Below the pieces are notes generated by a model. The model had not been told where the DNA came from, searched no databases, and saw only the letters and a program-made list of their open reading frames with translations. The position numbers and the translations under genes were made by a program. This document shows positions 1-12,015 of a stretch of DNA of 64,000 bases, piece after piece (the first letter of the stretch is position 1; every line of letters begins with the position of its first letter). Source of the DNA: Mobula hypostoma (lineage: Eukaryota); contig NC_086108.1 of NCBI RefSeq assembly GCF_963921235.1, positions 92,568,001 through 92,632,000 of the forward strand. Direction: 5' to 3'.

Positions 1-1555
1 ATAACCATAATGAATTATATAAATAACAAAGAATTCTTCTTCATAGAACAAATTTACAATATTACTCAAATATTACTGAAATATTAAATATGCAGTAATT
101 CCTGTCCTGCTTAAATTTGTTTCTTTATTCTTTCAGCTCTATTCCACTCTTTAAGATACATTAAAAGTTTGACCCCAGTGCAGTTAAATGGGAACAACAC
201 TCATTGGTCCCCTGAGAAAAAGAAATCCTTCTCGAGTCTGTATTAAGTGGACAATCCCTTATTCTGAATCTATGCCTTGGAGTTGTAGGTTCCCTCATGA
301 GGGGAAATATCCTTTTCACATATCTGATCTGCTCTCATTTTTATATATGCCAAACTATAGGTCAAATCAAACTTTCCTCCTGGAACAATTTCTTCTCTAA
401 AGTAAGTATCATAGTAAGCGCTCCCCAAATTACCTTTATTGCAACTAAACCCCAAAACTCATCACTTTGTCGTGGTGGTGAGGCTTCTGAGTTCCTGAGA
501 TCCCGAGAGCGATACTGTCTGGAGTTAGCCATCTGGCTCTTAGTTCCTTTGTAAGGTCACCTATGGCAGTAAGGTCAAGAGGGAGGTTCCAGATAAAGAG
601 CGATCAAACCGAGACCTCAGTGGTGTAGCTGGTGGAGGATGATCCAATATCATATCAGCAGTGAGGATAGAGGAAGACTGCAGCAGTGAAGGATTCCCAA
701 TCATCCTGTATTCCACACCACTGGACCCTGACCCCATCTGTCAAGGACTATGTGGGGGCTACTCTTGCATAAAAAAGGTCACGTACTGGGATTCTCCACT
801 AAGGGAATCCAGACTAAAAGCAGATTATGTGAGTCCCGGATGGCCCGCTACAGCCACATGAGAACCCACCAACAGACAAACCCCTTAGCAGAATATCACA
901 CCTAACTGGAGTGATCGCACGACTGAGATTATATCCTAATGTTAAATAGAATATGGTTGAGCCTGATGCCTCAGATGCTGTCTCACCATTCCTTCTTTTA
1001 CATCCCACACCCTTAATAATAAAGGCCAACATTCCATGGCTTTCTGAATTACTTTCTATACCTGTACTTGAACATTGTGTTTCATGTAGAAGAATACTCG
1101 GAACCCCCCGTTCAATAGCATTCTATAATCTTAATTTCAAAAATCTTTTTTCAAAAGTTATTACTAAAGTAAACAACTTTGCATTTTCCACACATTACCT
1201 GAAGAATTTTTTTTCCTGCTCACTTAACTTTTCCATATCCTACTGCAGACTCTTTGTGCCCTCCTCATAATGAGCTTTCCCACCTTTTTTGGTACCATTT
1301 GATGACTATACAGCCAATCCCTTCATTTTAGCCATTCCAGAACTTTGAGCAAAAAACAAACTACTGGAGGTAGTGGTCCAGATGAAGGGTCTCGACTGGA
1401 AGCACCGACTATCCATTTCCCTCTCCCAGACCTGCCTGACCTTCTGAGTTCCTGTATTTGTTTCATGCTCCAAATTCCAGATTCAAGATTGCAGGTGTAG
1501 TGGACAGCGAAGAATGCGATCATGGCTTGCAGAGGGATCTGCATCAGCTGAATTG

Positions 1556-2680
1556 AATTGACTTTATTACTTACATCCTTCATGTACATGAGGAGCAAAA
1601 ATCTTTATATTATGACTCTGTTCAAATGTGTAATTATAGTAATATATAATAAATATTATGTACCATAGGATAGTCAATATAACATGGAAATACAATTGTA
1701 ACAGCGTGAATTAATCAGTCTGATGGCCTGGTGGAACAAGCTGTCCTGGAGCCTGTTGGTCCTGGCTTTTATGCTGTGATACCGTTTCCCGGATGGTAGC
1801 GGCTGGAACAGTTTGTGGTTGGGGTGACTCAGGTCTCCAATGATCCTTCGGGCCCTTTTTACATACCTGCCTTTGTAAATGTCCTGATAGTGGGAAGCTG
1901 ACACCTACCGATTTGCTGGGCTGTCCGCACCACTCTCTGCAGAGTCCTGCGATTGGTGGAAGTACAGTTCCCATACCAGGCAGTGATGCAGCCAGTCAGG
2001 ATGCTCTCAATCGTGCCCCTATAGAAAGTTCTTAGAATTTGGGGAGCCATACCAAACTTCTTCAACCGTCTGAGGTGAAAGAGGCACTGTTTTTCAACAG
2101 ACAGCTGGTATGTATCTTCAGTGATGTTTATGCTGAGGAACTTAAAGCTGTTCACCCTCTCAACCCCAGATCCACTGATGTCAATAGGGGTTAGCCTGAC
2201 TCCATTCCTCCTGTAGTCCACAACCAGCTCCTTTGTTTCTGCGACATTGAGGGAGAGGTTGTTTACTTGACACCACTGTGTCAGGGTGATGACTTCTTCA
2301 CTGTAGGCTGCCTCATTATTATTTGAGAATAGGCCAATCAGCGTAGTGTTGTCAGCAAATTTAATTAGCAGGGTGGAGCTGTGGGTTGCAACACAGTCAT
2401 GGGTAAAGGAGGGGACTTAGTGCACAGCCCTGAGGAGCACCTGTGTTGAGGGTCAGAGGGGCAGAGGTGAGGGAGCCCACTCTTACCATCTGCTGGTGAT
2501 CTGACTGGAAGTCCAGGATCCAGCTGCTCAAGGCGGGGTGAAGGCCGAGATCTCTGAGCTTCTTGTCAAGCCTGGAGGGAATTATGGTGTTGAGTGCTGA
2601 ATTGTAGTCTAAGAACAGCATCCCTCTTCTCCAGATGCGTAAAGACGGTAGGTAAAGCTGTGACTATTGCGTCCTCCGTC
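1556..2680 (-). mobile_element. Rex1/Babar-clade LINE, 5'-truncated and decayed RT plus 3' end
   Basis: Minus ORFs give LDYNSALNTIIPS, TGAPQGCALSPLLY, FYRGTIESILTGCITAWYGN and HPNHKLFQPLPSGKRY. Ends in an aataaagt-tcaattcaatt tail. Confidence 0.85.
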
Positions 2681-5600
2681 AATTGGCTAAATAAATGGGC
2701 TGAAAAATATCAGATGGATTTTAATGTAGGCAAGTGCGGGGTTTTGCACTTAGATGCAACCAACCATGGTAAGTCTAACACAGTGGACGGTAGGGCACTG
2801 AGGAGTGTGGTGGAACAAACGGATCTGGGAATACAAGTACATAATTCATTGAAAGAGGTGTCACATATAGTTAGGGTCGTAAAGAAAGCTTTTGGCACAT
2901 TGGCGTTCATAAATCAATGTATTGAGTTCAGAAGATGGGATGTTATGTTGAAGTTGTATAAGACATTAGTGAGACTTAATTTGGAGTGTTGTGTGCAATT
3001 TTGATCACCTATCTGCAGGAAGAATGTAAACAAGGTTGAAAGGGTGCAGAGAAAATTTACAAGGATGTTGCCAGGTCTGGAGAACCTGTGTTATAAGGAA
3101 AGATTGAAGAGGTTAGGGCTGTCTTTGCTACGTAGAAGATTGAGAGGATAGTTGATAGAGGTATGCTTGTTACATACACTTGTTAGGGTGCATTCTCCAG
3201 TTACCTTATAAGGTAACCATAGCCTTCAGCCAGGAGCAGATGTCATCAGGTGGTTCTCAACCTTCACCGAGTGTTTTGACCCTTAACCACGACACTCTGC
3301 AGTTGGTGGGCTGGCAGTGGTGGCCAAATCACTGCCCATCTGCTCCTGGCTTCCAGCTCCCCTCCTCTTGCCTACTCCAAATCCAACAAGAAGCTCGTTC
3401 TGCCTCTTCCCCCATCCTACAAGCTGCTTGTTTTTTGCTCCTTTCGTCCAGGCCCAGATCTGACAACAACCGCCATGCTGATTTGGCTGGGAAACCCCTG
3501 CAGCCGATCTCCACAGGGAACAACCATGCCTGCCATCCCTTGTCTTTACACTCCTGCAGTAAGGGCTGCTACTTCAAAACCTTCCTCTCGTGGGCCTCTT
3601 CCCATCCCTCCTCCCACGGCACAGTCAACTCAACCAGAATGATTTTCTTGTCTTCGGTTGACCACAGTACAATGTCTGGGCGTAGGGTTGTGTGCACCAT
3701 ATCCGGGAACTGCAACCTCCTTCCCACATTGACCCTCATCTCCCAGGACCTGGTCGTTAGCAGCAGATTGGGCTTTGGTTGTTTGGTTATAAAAGTCCTA
3801 GCTCCCTCTTTGATGAAGGTGATGGCCTTCCTCAAATCTGTGCCAGCCGTCCTCTTCTTGCATCTCTCCCGCTCTGGTGTGTCAGCAAGAGCCAGAAGCA
3901 CCTTATCATGGCGCCACCTATACCGTCCTTGAGTTAGAGCTGTTTTACACCCGGACAGTATATGAGCCAGTGTCCCCTTTTGACCACAGAGCTTACAGTT
4001 CGGGATCCTCTCTCTTCCCCCATGTGTACAGATGTAATGGCGAAGGAAGGGTGTCATACACGGATCGCAAGAGGAAGGAAATACGGAAGGGCTCCAGTCT
4101 CCATAACTCTGCCCATGAGATCTTGCGCTTAGGCAGATCCCATTTTGTCCAAGCACCCTGGGACCCTTGTTCCACTGTCTTTGAAATCCGCTTCTCTTCC
4201 TCACGGGTCCGTACTTCTGCCTGTACCATGTCTTGCCTGTTCCTTATGCTTGCGTTTCCCCACTTCCGGAAGTGGACTGAGCCGAGGCCTTGCCGCCCGA
4301 CGCAGGGGTTGCCAATGATATCTTACAGCTTCAGAGAACACACTGCCTCCTCCACAGCTGTGTTGGCTGCCCAGTTGCGCCCAGATCTGGTTGTAACACC
4401 TGCTTGCTTTACCAAGACGTCATTAGAATCTCTCAAGCTTAATAAAGCTCTGTATTTTGCCACCTTGAATTCCTCCTCAACAGATGACATGGGAAACTGC
4501 AGTTGCCCAGAATGAATGTAGAGGCCCACTGAAGAGAAGCTTGGGGGAACTCCCAACCATCTCCGCAGATGCTCGTTCATTTTCCTCTCGATGCCCTCTA
4601 CGGCAGTCACGGGGAACTCATAAAGTGTGAAGAGCCAGAGAAGCCTGGACAGAATGCCGTATTGGTACAGCTAGGTCTTGAATTTACCCGGAAGTCCGGA
4701 TTTGTCGATCTTCTTCAGCCATTGCTCTGTCTGCTTCACAGCGTTGGTGACATTGGCCCCATCTGTCAATGACACATCAAACCACTTCCCCAAGCATTTT
4801 ATCTGGTTATCTTCGATGGAAGGGATGACCTCACCCTGAACCTGGAGGCTAAACTTGCTAGTAACTTTGCCCTTTCTGATCACCATGCACTTGGACTTCT
4901 TGGCCTTGAAGGACATCCTCGCCCAAGTGGCTACATTACCCAGGGTTTCCAATACCCATCTTGCTTGGACACGTGACACAGTTGTTATAGTGATGTCGTC
5001 CATGAATCCTCGTATAGCCGGCTGAACAATGCCTGACTCCAGCGTCGGACCGCGGGTTACATGTTCTGCTGCTGACAATAGGAGGTTCATTCCCATAATA
5101 AATAGGGTGGGGGAGATGGTGCACCCTGTTGGAATCCTCTTCTGGAGGTCCTGCCAACTAGTTGTGAATTAGCTGATGTAAATCTGAGTTTGAATCCTCC
5201 TAGGTAGCTGGTGATCATTTCTCGAATAGCCACTGGGATGTAGTAGTGGTCGAGTCCTTCTAGGATGAGGTCATGTGGAATAGACTCATAGGCGTTCGCG
5301 AGGTCTAACCAGACAACTGTTAGGTCGCCTTTTTTCTGCTTGGTCTCATGGATCAAATGGCTGATCATTGAGGTGTGTTCCAGACACCCCGAAAAGCCTG
5401 GAATACTGCCTTTCTGGATGGATGTGTTGATATAACGGTTCTGCGTCATGTAAGAAGTCAGCCTTCTTGCGAGCACAGAAAAGAAAATCTTACATTCCAC
5501 ATCCAGGAGAGAAATTGTCCTAAACTGGGCAATTGTGGAAGAAACCTCTTCCCTTGGAATAAAGCATCCCTCTGCCAATTTCCAACTTGATGGAGTGGTA

Positions 5601-6225
5601 CCTATGGCCCAGATCTTTCTCATGACCTTCCACAGCCTCCGAAGAAGCTTTGGGCATTTCTTATACACCTTATAAGGTATACCGCTTGGGCCTGGGGTAG
5701 CTGATGCTTTAGCTTTCCGGATGATGTAGGCTCCTTCACATTCAGCTCAATTGATGGATTTTCTGGTCTACGCACAGCCCGATTGGTTCCTAGTCCCAAA
5801 CTCCTCCGTGGGTCGCTGTGTGCCTCCCGCAGGAACTCCTCTACCTCTGGCTTCAAGCTGGATAGTACACCAGATTTATGAGGGGCATAGATAGGGTAAA
5901 TGCAAACAGACTTATTCCACTGAGGTTGGGTGGAACTACAATCAGAGGTCATGTCTTAAGAGTGAAAGGTGAAATGTTTAAGGGGAACATGAGAGGAAAC
6001 TTTTTCACTCAGAGGGTCGTGAGAGTGTGGAATGAACTGCCAGCACTAGTGATCCAACCAAGCTCAATTCAACATTTAAGAGAAGGTTGGATGGGTACAT
6101 GGATTGTAGGTGTATGGAAGGCTAGTGTCCCGGTGCAGGTCATTGGGAATTGGCAGTTTAAATGGTTTTGGAATGGAATAGATGGGCCGAAGGGCCTGTT
6201 TCTGTGCTGTCTCTATAACTCTATC
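2681..6225 (+). mobile_element. CR1 LINE 3' fragment, split by the HERO-like element (pieces ~2681-3165 and ~5872-6225)
   Basis: WAEKYQMDFNVGKC...LYKTLVRLNLECCVQF, then LIEV, resuming after the insert as MRGIDRVNA...GNFFTQRVVRVWNELP. Confidence 0.88.
3166..5871 (-). mobile_element. HERO/R2-superfamily non-LTR retrotransposon with restriction-like endonuclease; frameshifted and 5'-truncated
   Basis: RT motifs QFRTISLL, WLDLANAY and GFMDDI; CCHC knuckle CKLCGQKGTLAHILSGC; RHDKVL; RLE motif RPDIVLW...IILVELTVPWEE. Confidence 0.88.
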
Positions 6226-6529
6226 TGCAATATCTCGTTTTCTCCTTCCATAATCTCAGTTCTGAGAAAGGATCTTTGACCTGAAATGTTAACCGTTTCG
6301 CTTGCGACAGATGTGGCCTGACCTGCTGAACATTTCCTGCCTTTTCTGTTTTTGTTCAGTTTGTTTGTTTGTCAATCCATCCATCATACTAATGTATTAC
6401 CCCTCCACCACCCACCCAACTCCCCTTCCACCCAGAGCTATGAACCTTTACATCGGGCAGTAACCATATCTTGAATATGAACTGATGCATTTTCTTCCAC
6501 TTTACCCATTTTAAACTTGAGGAAGAGGA

Positions 6530-7090
6530 ATGAATTAGTCAAGTACTGTTTCCCTTTCATAAAGCAACGTTGACTTCCATTGATTTTATAGTGCTTTTGA
6601 AAATACCCTGCAACTATTACCTAAATAATTCTGCAATTCAATACTACAGATGTTCAGCTAATTTTCTCAGAGTTTCTTAATTTCATTCTCTCTGTCTTGC
6701 TGCTTTCTCTAATAGAAGCATTAATTTTATGGATTTCCAATCCTGTGGGGCATATCTGGAATCTAGAGAATTTTGGAAAATCACTACTAATATTTCTCCT
6801 GTCTCTGCAGGCCTTTTTCTTTAAGACTCTAGGATGCCAGTCATCAGATCCTGCGGACTTGTCAACCTTTTGTCCCAATAACTTCATTGTAACTTTACTG
6901 ATTGTAGTTGTAAGTTCCAAGTTTTATATTCCAGGGCTTTTGTTTTACAGTTATTGGGAATCTTTTCCTGTCTTCTGCCACTGAGACAAATGCAAAGTAT
7001 TTGTTCAAAGTTCCTGCCGTCTTCTTACTTTCTATTATTAATTCTCCTGTCTAATTCTCTCAGGGACCAACGCTTCCCTTAGAGACTGTC
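6530..7090 (-). mobile_element. Old CR1 fragment
   Basis: Minus ORF KVDKSAGSDDWHPRVLK resembles the KSPGPDGLHPRVLKE motif of other CR1 copies in the window. Confidence 0.65.
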
Positions 7091-7949
7091 TCTTTACACT
7101 TAATTTATTCAGTTTATGTATTACTTTTCATACCTTGTTTTTATTTCTTGTCTTTACTGCTAGTGACCAGGTATCCACTTGGAATCTACCTGCTAACTAG
7201 TCTGCTATTTGGGACCTTATTATCTATATTTAATTTACACTGCATTACCCCACAGCCCTTACCAAAAAAGTCATTTTAGTTAAATGCGATTTTTCTTTAA
7301 ATACACACTGGCTGATCCTTATTGTTCAATTCCAATTCAATTTTCTCTCAGGTTGTCATTTCTGGTCTTTTCCCAGTGATGTTAAACTGACAAGACCACG
7401 ATTCCCAGATTAACCCTGTTTCCATTTTTCCATAATTTGAAATCCTCTAGTTCCCTGGCACCACCTCAGAGGGAGGGATAGTTTGCAACCAACATCTCTG
7501 CCATATCTAACTTTATTTCCCTCACATTCTTTAATCCATCCTGGCATGTACATTTAAGTATGAGTAATCTTCTCAGTACTTTCTCTATATCTATTAATCT
7601 TGGCTAGCACCCAAGGAAATTCCTCGTTTGTAACTTTAGCGAAGTTCGGTTCCTTGGCTAAGAGTATATTTAGTATGTTGGTCGTTTTTTTTGCCTCCAC
7701 TAGTAGTTCTCTGTTTTGGTTTCCAGTAGATGACAAGGCTCCCATGGTTGTTGGCAGCACCTTTTAACGAATGGTTCATGCTACACAGCAGATTTCTGAG
7801 GCACCCACACACAAAATGCTGGATGAACTCTGCAGGTCGGACAGCATCTTTGGAAAAGAGTAAATACTTGGTGTTTCAGGCCGAGACCCTTCTTCAGGAC
7901 CAGTTTTCTTAGACAATTTTATTTTCTTGTCTCAGATAGTATATTTATA

Positions 7950-8197
7950 TTTTTTGAGATACAGTGCAGAATAGGCCCTTATGGCCCTTCGAATGCATCC
8001 CCCTGAAATCCCCCATTTTAATCCTAGCCTAATCACAAGACAATTTACAAAGACCAATTCACCTACCAACCGGTAAATCTTTGGACTGTGGGAGGAAACC
8101 GGAGCACCCGGAGGAAACCCACTTGGTCACAGGGAGAATGTACAAATTCCTTACAGACAGCAGCAGTAATTGAACCCAGTTCGCTGATACTGTAAAG
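7950..8197 (-). mobile_element. V-SINE/HE1-like SINE; its 5' end is displaced to 12016-12055 by the hAT insertion
   Basis: Core ttggactgtgggaggaaaccggagcacccggaggaaaccc is shared with copies at 24113, 38180 and 62630. The sequence resumes after the ctgtaaag TSD. Confidence 0.75.
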
Positions 8198-8201
8198 CAG
8201 G

Positions 8202-9458
8202 CAACACACACAAAATGCTGGTGAACGCAGCAGGCCAGGCAGCATCTATAGGAAGAGGTACAGTTGACATTTCGGGCCAAGACCCCTCGTCAGGACTAAC
8301 TGAAAGAAGAGATAGTAAGAGATTGAAAGTGGGAGGGGGAAGGGGAGATCCGAAATGATAGGAGAAGACAGGAGGGGGAAGAATGGAGCTAAGAGCTGGA
8401 AAGTTAATTGGCAAAAGGGATACGAGGCTGGAGAAGGGAGAGGATCATGGGATGAGAGGCCTCGGGAGAAAGAAAGGGGGAGGGGAGCACCAGAGGAAGA
8501 TGGAGAGCAGGCAAGGAGTATTTGTGAGAGGGACAGAGAGAGGAAAAAAAAGGGGGAAATAAATAAATAAACAAACAAACAAACAAACAAACAAAGGATG
8601 GGGTAAGAAGGGGAGGAGAGGCATTAACAGAAGTTAGAGAAGTTAGTGTTCATGCCATGAGGTTGAAGGCTACCCAGACAGAATATAAGGTGTTGTTCCT
8701 CCAACCCGAGTGTGGCTTCATTTTGACAATAGAGGAGGCTGTGGATAGACATATCAGAATGGAAATGGGACGTGGAATTAAAATGTGTGGCCACTGGGAG
8801 ATCCTGCTTTCTCTGGTGGACAGAGCGTGGGTGTTCAGCCAAACGGTCTCCCAGCCTGCGTTGGGTCTCAACAATACATAGAAGGCCACGTCGGGAGCAC
8901 CGGACGCAGTATATCACCCCAACCAACTCACAGATGAAGTGTCGCCTCACCTGGAAGGACTGTCTGGGGCCCTGAATGGTGGTAAGGGAGGAAGTGTAAG
9001 GGCATATGTAGCACTTGTTCCGCTTAAAAGGATAAGTGCCAGGAGGGAGATCAGTGAGAAGGGATGGGGGGGTGGTGGGGGATGAATGGACAAGGGAGTC
9101 GAGTAGGGAGCGATCCCTGCGGAAAGCAGAAAGGGCGGGGGAGGGAAAGATTTACTTGATGGTGGGATCCCGTTGGAAGTGGCGGAAGTTACGGAGAATT
9201 GTATGTTGGACCTGGAGGCTGATGGGGTGGTAGGTGAGGACAAGGGGAACCCTATCCCTAGTGGGGTGGCGGGAGGATGGGGTGACAGCAGAGGTACGTG
9301 GAATGGGAGAGAGCAGAATTGACGGTGGAGGAAGGGAAGCCCCTTTCTTTAAAAAAGAAGACATCTCCTTCACCCTGGAATGAAAAACCTCATCCTGAGA
9401 GCAGATGCGGTGGAGACGGAGGAATTGAGAGAAGGGGAGACGGAGGATTGCGAGAAGA
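8202..9458 (-). mobile_element. Penelope-like element, 5'-truncated, GIY-YIG region plus terminal repeat
   Basis: RVPLVLTYHP, HFICELVGVIYCVRCSR, ETQRRLGDRLAEH, VATHFN and LGSLQPHGMN. Flanked by gtaaagcagg (8192-8201) and gtaaagaagg (9459-9468). Confidence 0.9.
8261..8298 (-). ncRNA. Minimal hammerhead ribozyme motif in Penelope terminal repeat
   Basis: Minus strand reads tagtc-CTGACGA-ggggtcttggccc-GAAAT-GTC-aactg. Stem I carries one mismatch. Confidence 0.6.
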
Positions 9459-9464
9459 GTAAAG

Positions 9465-12015
9465 AAGGGGTGGCCAACCTTTTACATTCCATGCGTCAAT
9501 TTTTTCATGCACGTGTTCAGATGCGCCATACAACTCCTGTACCCCCATTCAATTCTTGTAAAAATATGTTAATATAGACATATTTAGCATTTTTACTTGA
9601 TATATTGATTTAATATAAAAACAAGATAAACATTACTTACCTTAATGAGACTTTTGAGTCTGTTTTCATTTCGCCAAGCTTTTAATGTTTGGAGTTAAAT
9701 TAGTTACTGAGAGCAGCAGAGAATTATTCCAATTTGAATCAGCCAATTGCAACTTCATTTTGTTTTTAATCAATTTCATGGCTGAAAATGCTTGTTGACA
9801 TCTGTACGTTGTTCGGGAACGACAGATATAACTCTGGGCAAATTCTTAGTTCTGGAAAACGTTCACAGGGTAATGATCGCCAGAAATGAATCATGTCAGA
9901 AGCATTTGGGACTGAGGGAAGCTCATCAAATTTCATGTTCAATAATGAATTTGTTTTCAAGTCAGTAAGTTCCATTTATATGTTACTAGGCATTTTCATG
10001 ATTTTTTGTTCACTGAGTGAAAATGGGTTTATAAATGCGAGCATGCAGTCTTCTTCTTTAGCAAAATCAAGAAAATGACTTTCAAATGACTCTTGCAATA
10101 ACCTGATTTTTTAAAATATATTTTGTAAAATTGCTATTATCTTCAGCACATTCACTCTGCTCTTTTAAATGCGGAAACTGGCTCAAATCCTCATTTTCTA
10201 ACTGAGATGTGAACAGTTTTAACTTCATCTTGAATGCATTGATATCATTTACTAAGCTAGGAAACAGTTTATTCTTGCCCTGGAGTTTCAAATTTAGATC
10301 ACTGAGATGGCTGGTAACATCAACTAAAAATGCTAAATCAAATAGCCAATTGTTATCACATAAAAGGGCTCTTTCCTCAGGCAGCTCATTTTTCTCTTCT
10401 AGAAAACTATGAACAGTATTTTTCACTTTCCAAAATCTACTCAGAGCCTGCCCTCTAGAAAGCCAGCTCACCTCACAATGAAGGACGAGATCGCCATATT
10501 CTAAATCTAACATTTCACAATATTCTCTGAATTGTCATCTGTTTAATCCTCTTGCTCTAATTTTATTCACGCATTTCACAACCAGTAACATAACATACTG
10601 CAAATTTAAAGTTTTTCCACGCAGTGACTCTTGGTGTATAATGCAGTGATATTTCAGTAGAGGACGACCTAAAAAGTTTTTTGAAGCAAAGCTGTAGTCC
10701 CAGCGGCATTGACGGCGCTCCGTCAGTACAAACACTGATGAGTTTACTAGAATCTAGTTGTATATTTTCTAGGCATGATTTTACTTTGTCAAGTATGTCT
10801 GATCCTCTTGTTTTTCCATGAAGCGACTTAAGACCGATAAGTTCTTCAAAGATGCTAAAATTATCATCAGTTCCTCTTATAAAAATGCTTAACTGGGCTA
10901 CATCACATATGTCAGCAGATTCGCCCAAAGCTAAAGAAAAGAAAGTACAAGCGTGGACAAGGTCTTTCAGTTGCTCAGATACATTATGCCAGAGTTCTTC
11001 GGTGCGTCTCGTAACTGTTTGCTTTGACAGAGCAATTTCGTCTACTTTCCTTTCGATATTTTTATCACCAAGATATCTTGCAAATATTTGGAGACAAGAC
11101 TTAACAATTTCTTCTCCATCAGAGAAAGACTTACGTTTTTTTTGGCCAACGCTAAAGCAATTTCATGGGACGCTTCTGTCATCGCCAAACTTTCACAACT
11201 TCTTTTAAAAAGTATATTTTGTCTTCTTTTGATTTCTTCCTTTTTCTTAATCTTTCTGTAACTCAGACCCAAGCACTAGCTTCAGTTTTCCTTCTATTTC
11301 AGTCTGATGTTGTGTTTTATAGTGTCCACTAAGATCATGCCTTCTATTATGTGAGAAAGTGTTTTCACAAACAATGCACGACCGTTTTCCTGACCGACTC
11401 GCTATAAATAAGAACTCATTTTCCCACTGTTCATTGAATTCCTTCTTACTATCACTTTCTGCTTTTCTTTTGCACTGTGATGGGTAACTGAATGTAAAAA
11501 CAAGGTTTAAATTTTGAAGAAGTGCAAAATTGCAAATGTTCACAAAGGACGAACAAAGCTCAACTCCATAGCGCACGAGTGTCAATTGTAAACTGACTGG
11601 CAAAAACCTGCGACGCACCACTGGTGCAGACGCCTGGCGCCTCAGGATCAAACAAGTGTCAAATGTGTATTGAACAGTTATGGAATGACTGCAGAACAAA
11701 AGTCCTTCTTTCCTAGTTTGACTCATTGAATATTTTTTTAATTGAAAACAGATTAATGTGAAAGAAGATAACATTCGCCGAAAGATATGCACGAAATAAT
11801 AAAATCACTAGAAATAATTGCTAGGTTTTAGATTTATTCTCAGTAAAACCCATTTCTAGCTCTAAGCTACTTGAATTCCTGTTATAGATTTTTTTCCTAC
11901 AAATCGGTTATTGGTTAATACTTTTTGCATGAGTAGGCTTACCTTTTTATTATTATCACTGGGGTGCAATGTGCCACTTCTAATCATCCAATGCGCCAAA
12001 GGTTGCCCACCCCTG
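9465..12015 (-). mobile_element. hAT DNA transposon (SPIN/Buster/Charlie-like, GTF2IRD2-type transposase), full length but frameshifted
   Basis: TIRs aaggggtggccaaccttt and aaaggttgcccacccctg; 8-bp TSD ctgtaaag at 8190-8197 and 12016-12023. Protein motifs CIVC...HYKTQH, ESADICDVAQLSIFIRG, CTDGAPSM, HCIIHQE, EVSWLSRG and AFLVDVTSHLSDLNLKLQG. Confidence 0.92.

Noticed and set aside
1..1270. Possible LTR-element remnant (minus) with an RTE-UTR-like insert at ~553-830
   Set aside because: No diagnostic protein motif or verifiable boundary, so it could not be supported as a feature.
3180..3932. 250-aa and 212-aa plus-strand ORFs (3180-3932, 3877-4515)
   Set aside because: They are antisense shadows of the HERO-like coding strand and have no independent motifs.
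5668..5679. ACCTTATAAGGT palindrome matching the core of the 3200-3217 palindrome
   Set aside because: It lies within coding sequence (GIPYKV) and is most likely coincidental.
10082..11792. GTF2IRD2/EPM2AIP1-like host gene
   Set aside because: The region is frameshifted and bounded by TIRs and a TSD, so it is a transposon rather than a domesticated gene.
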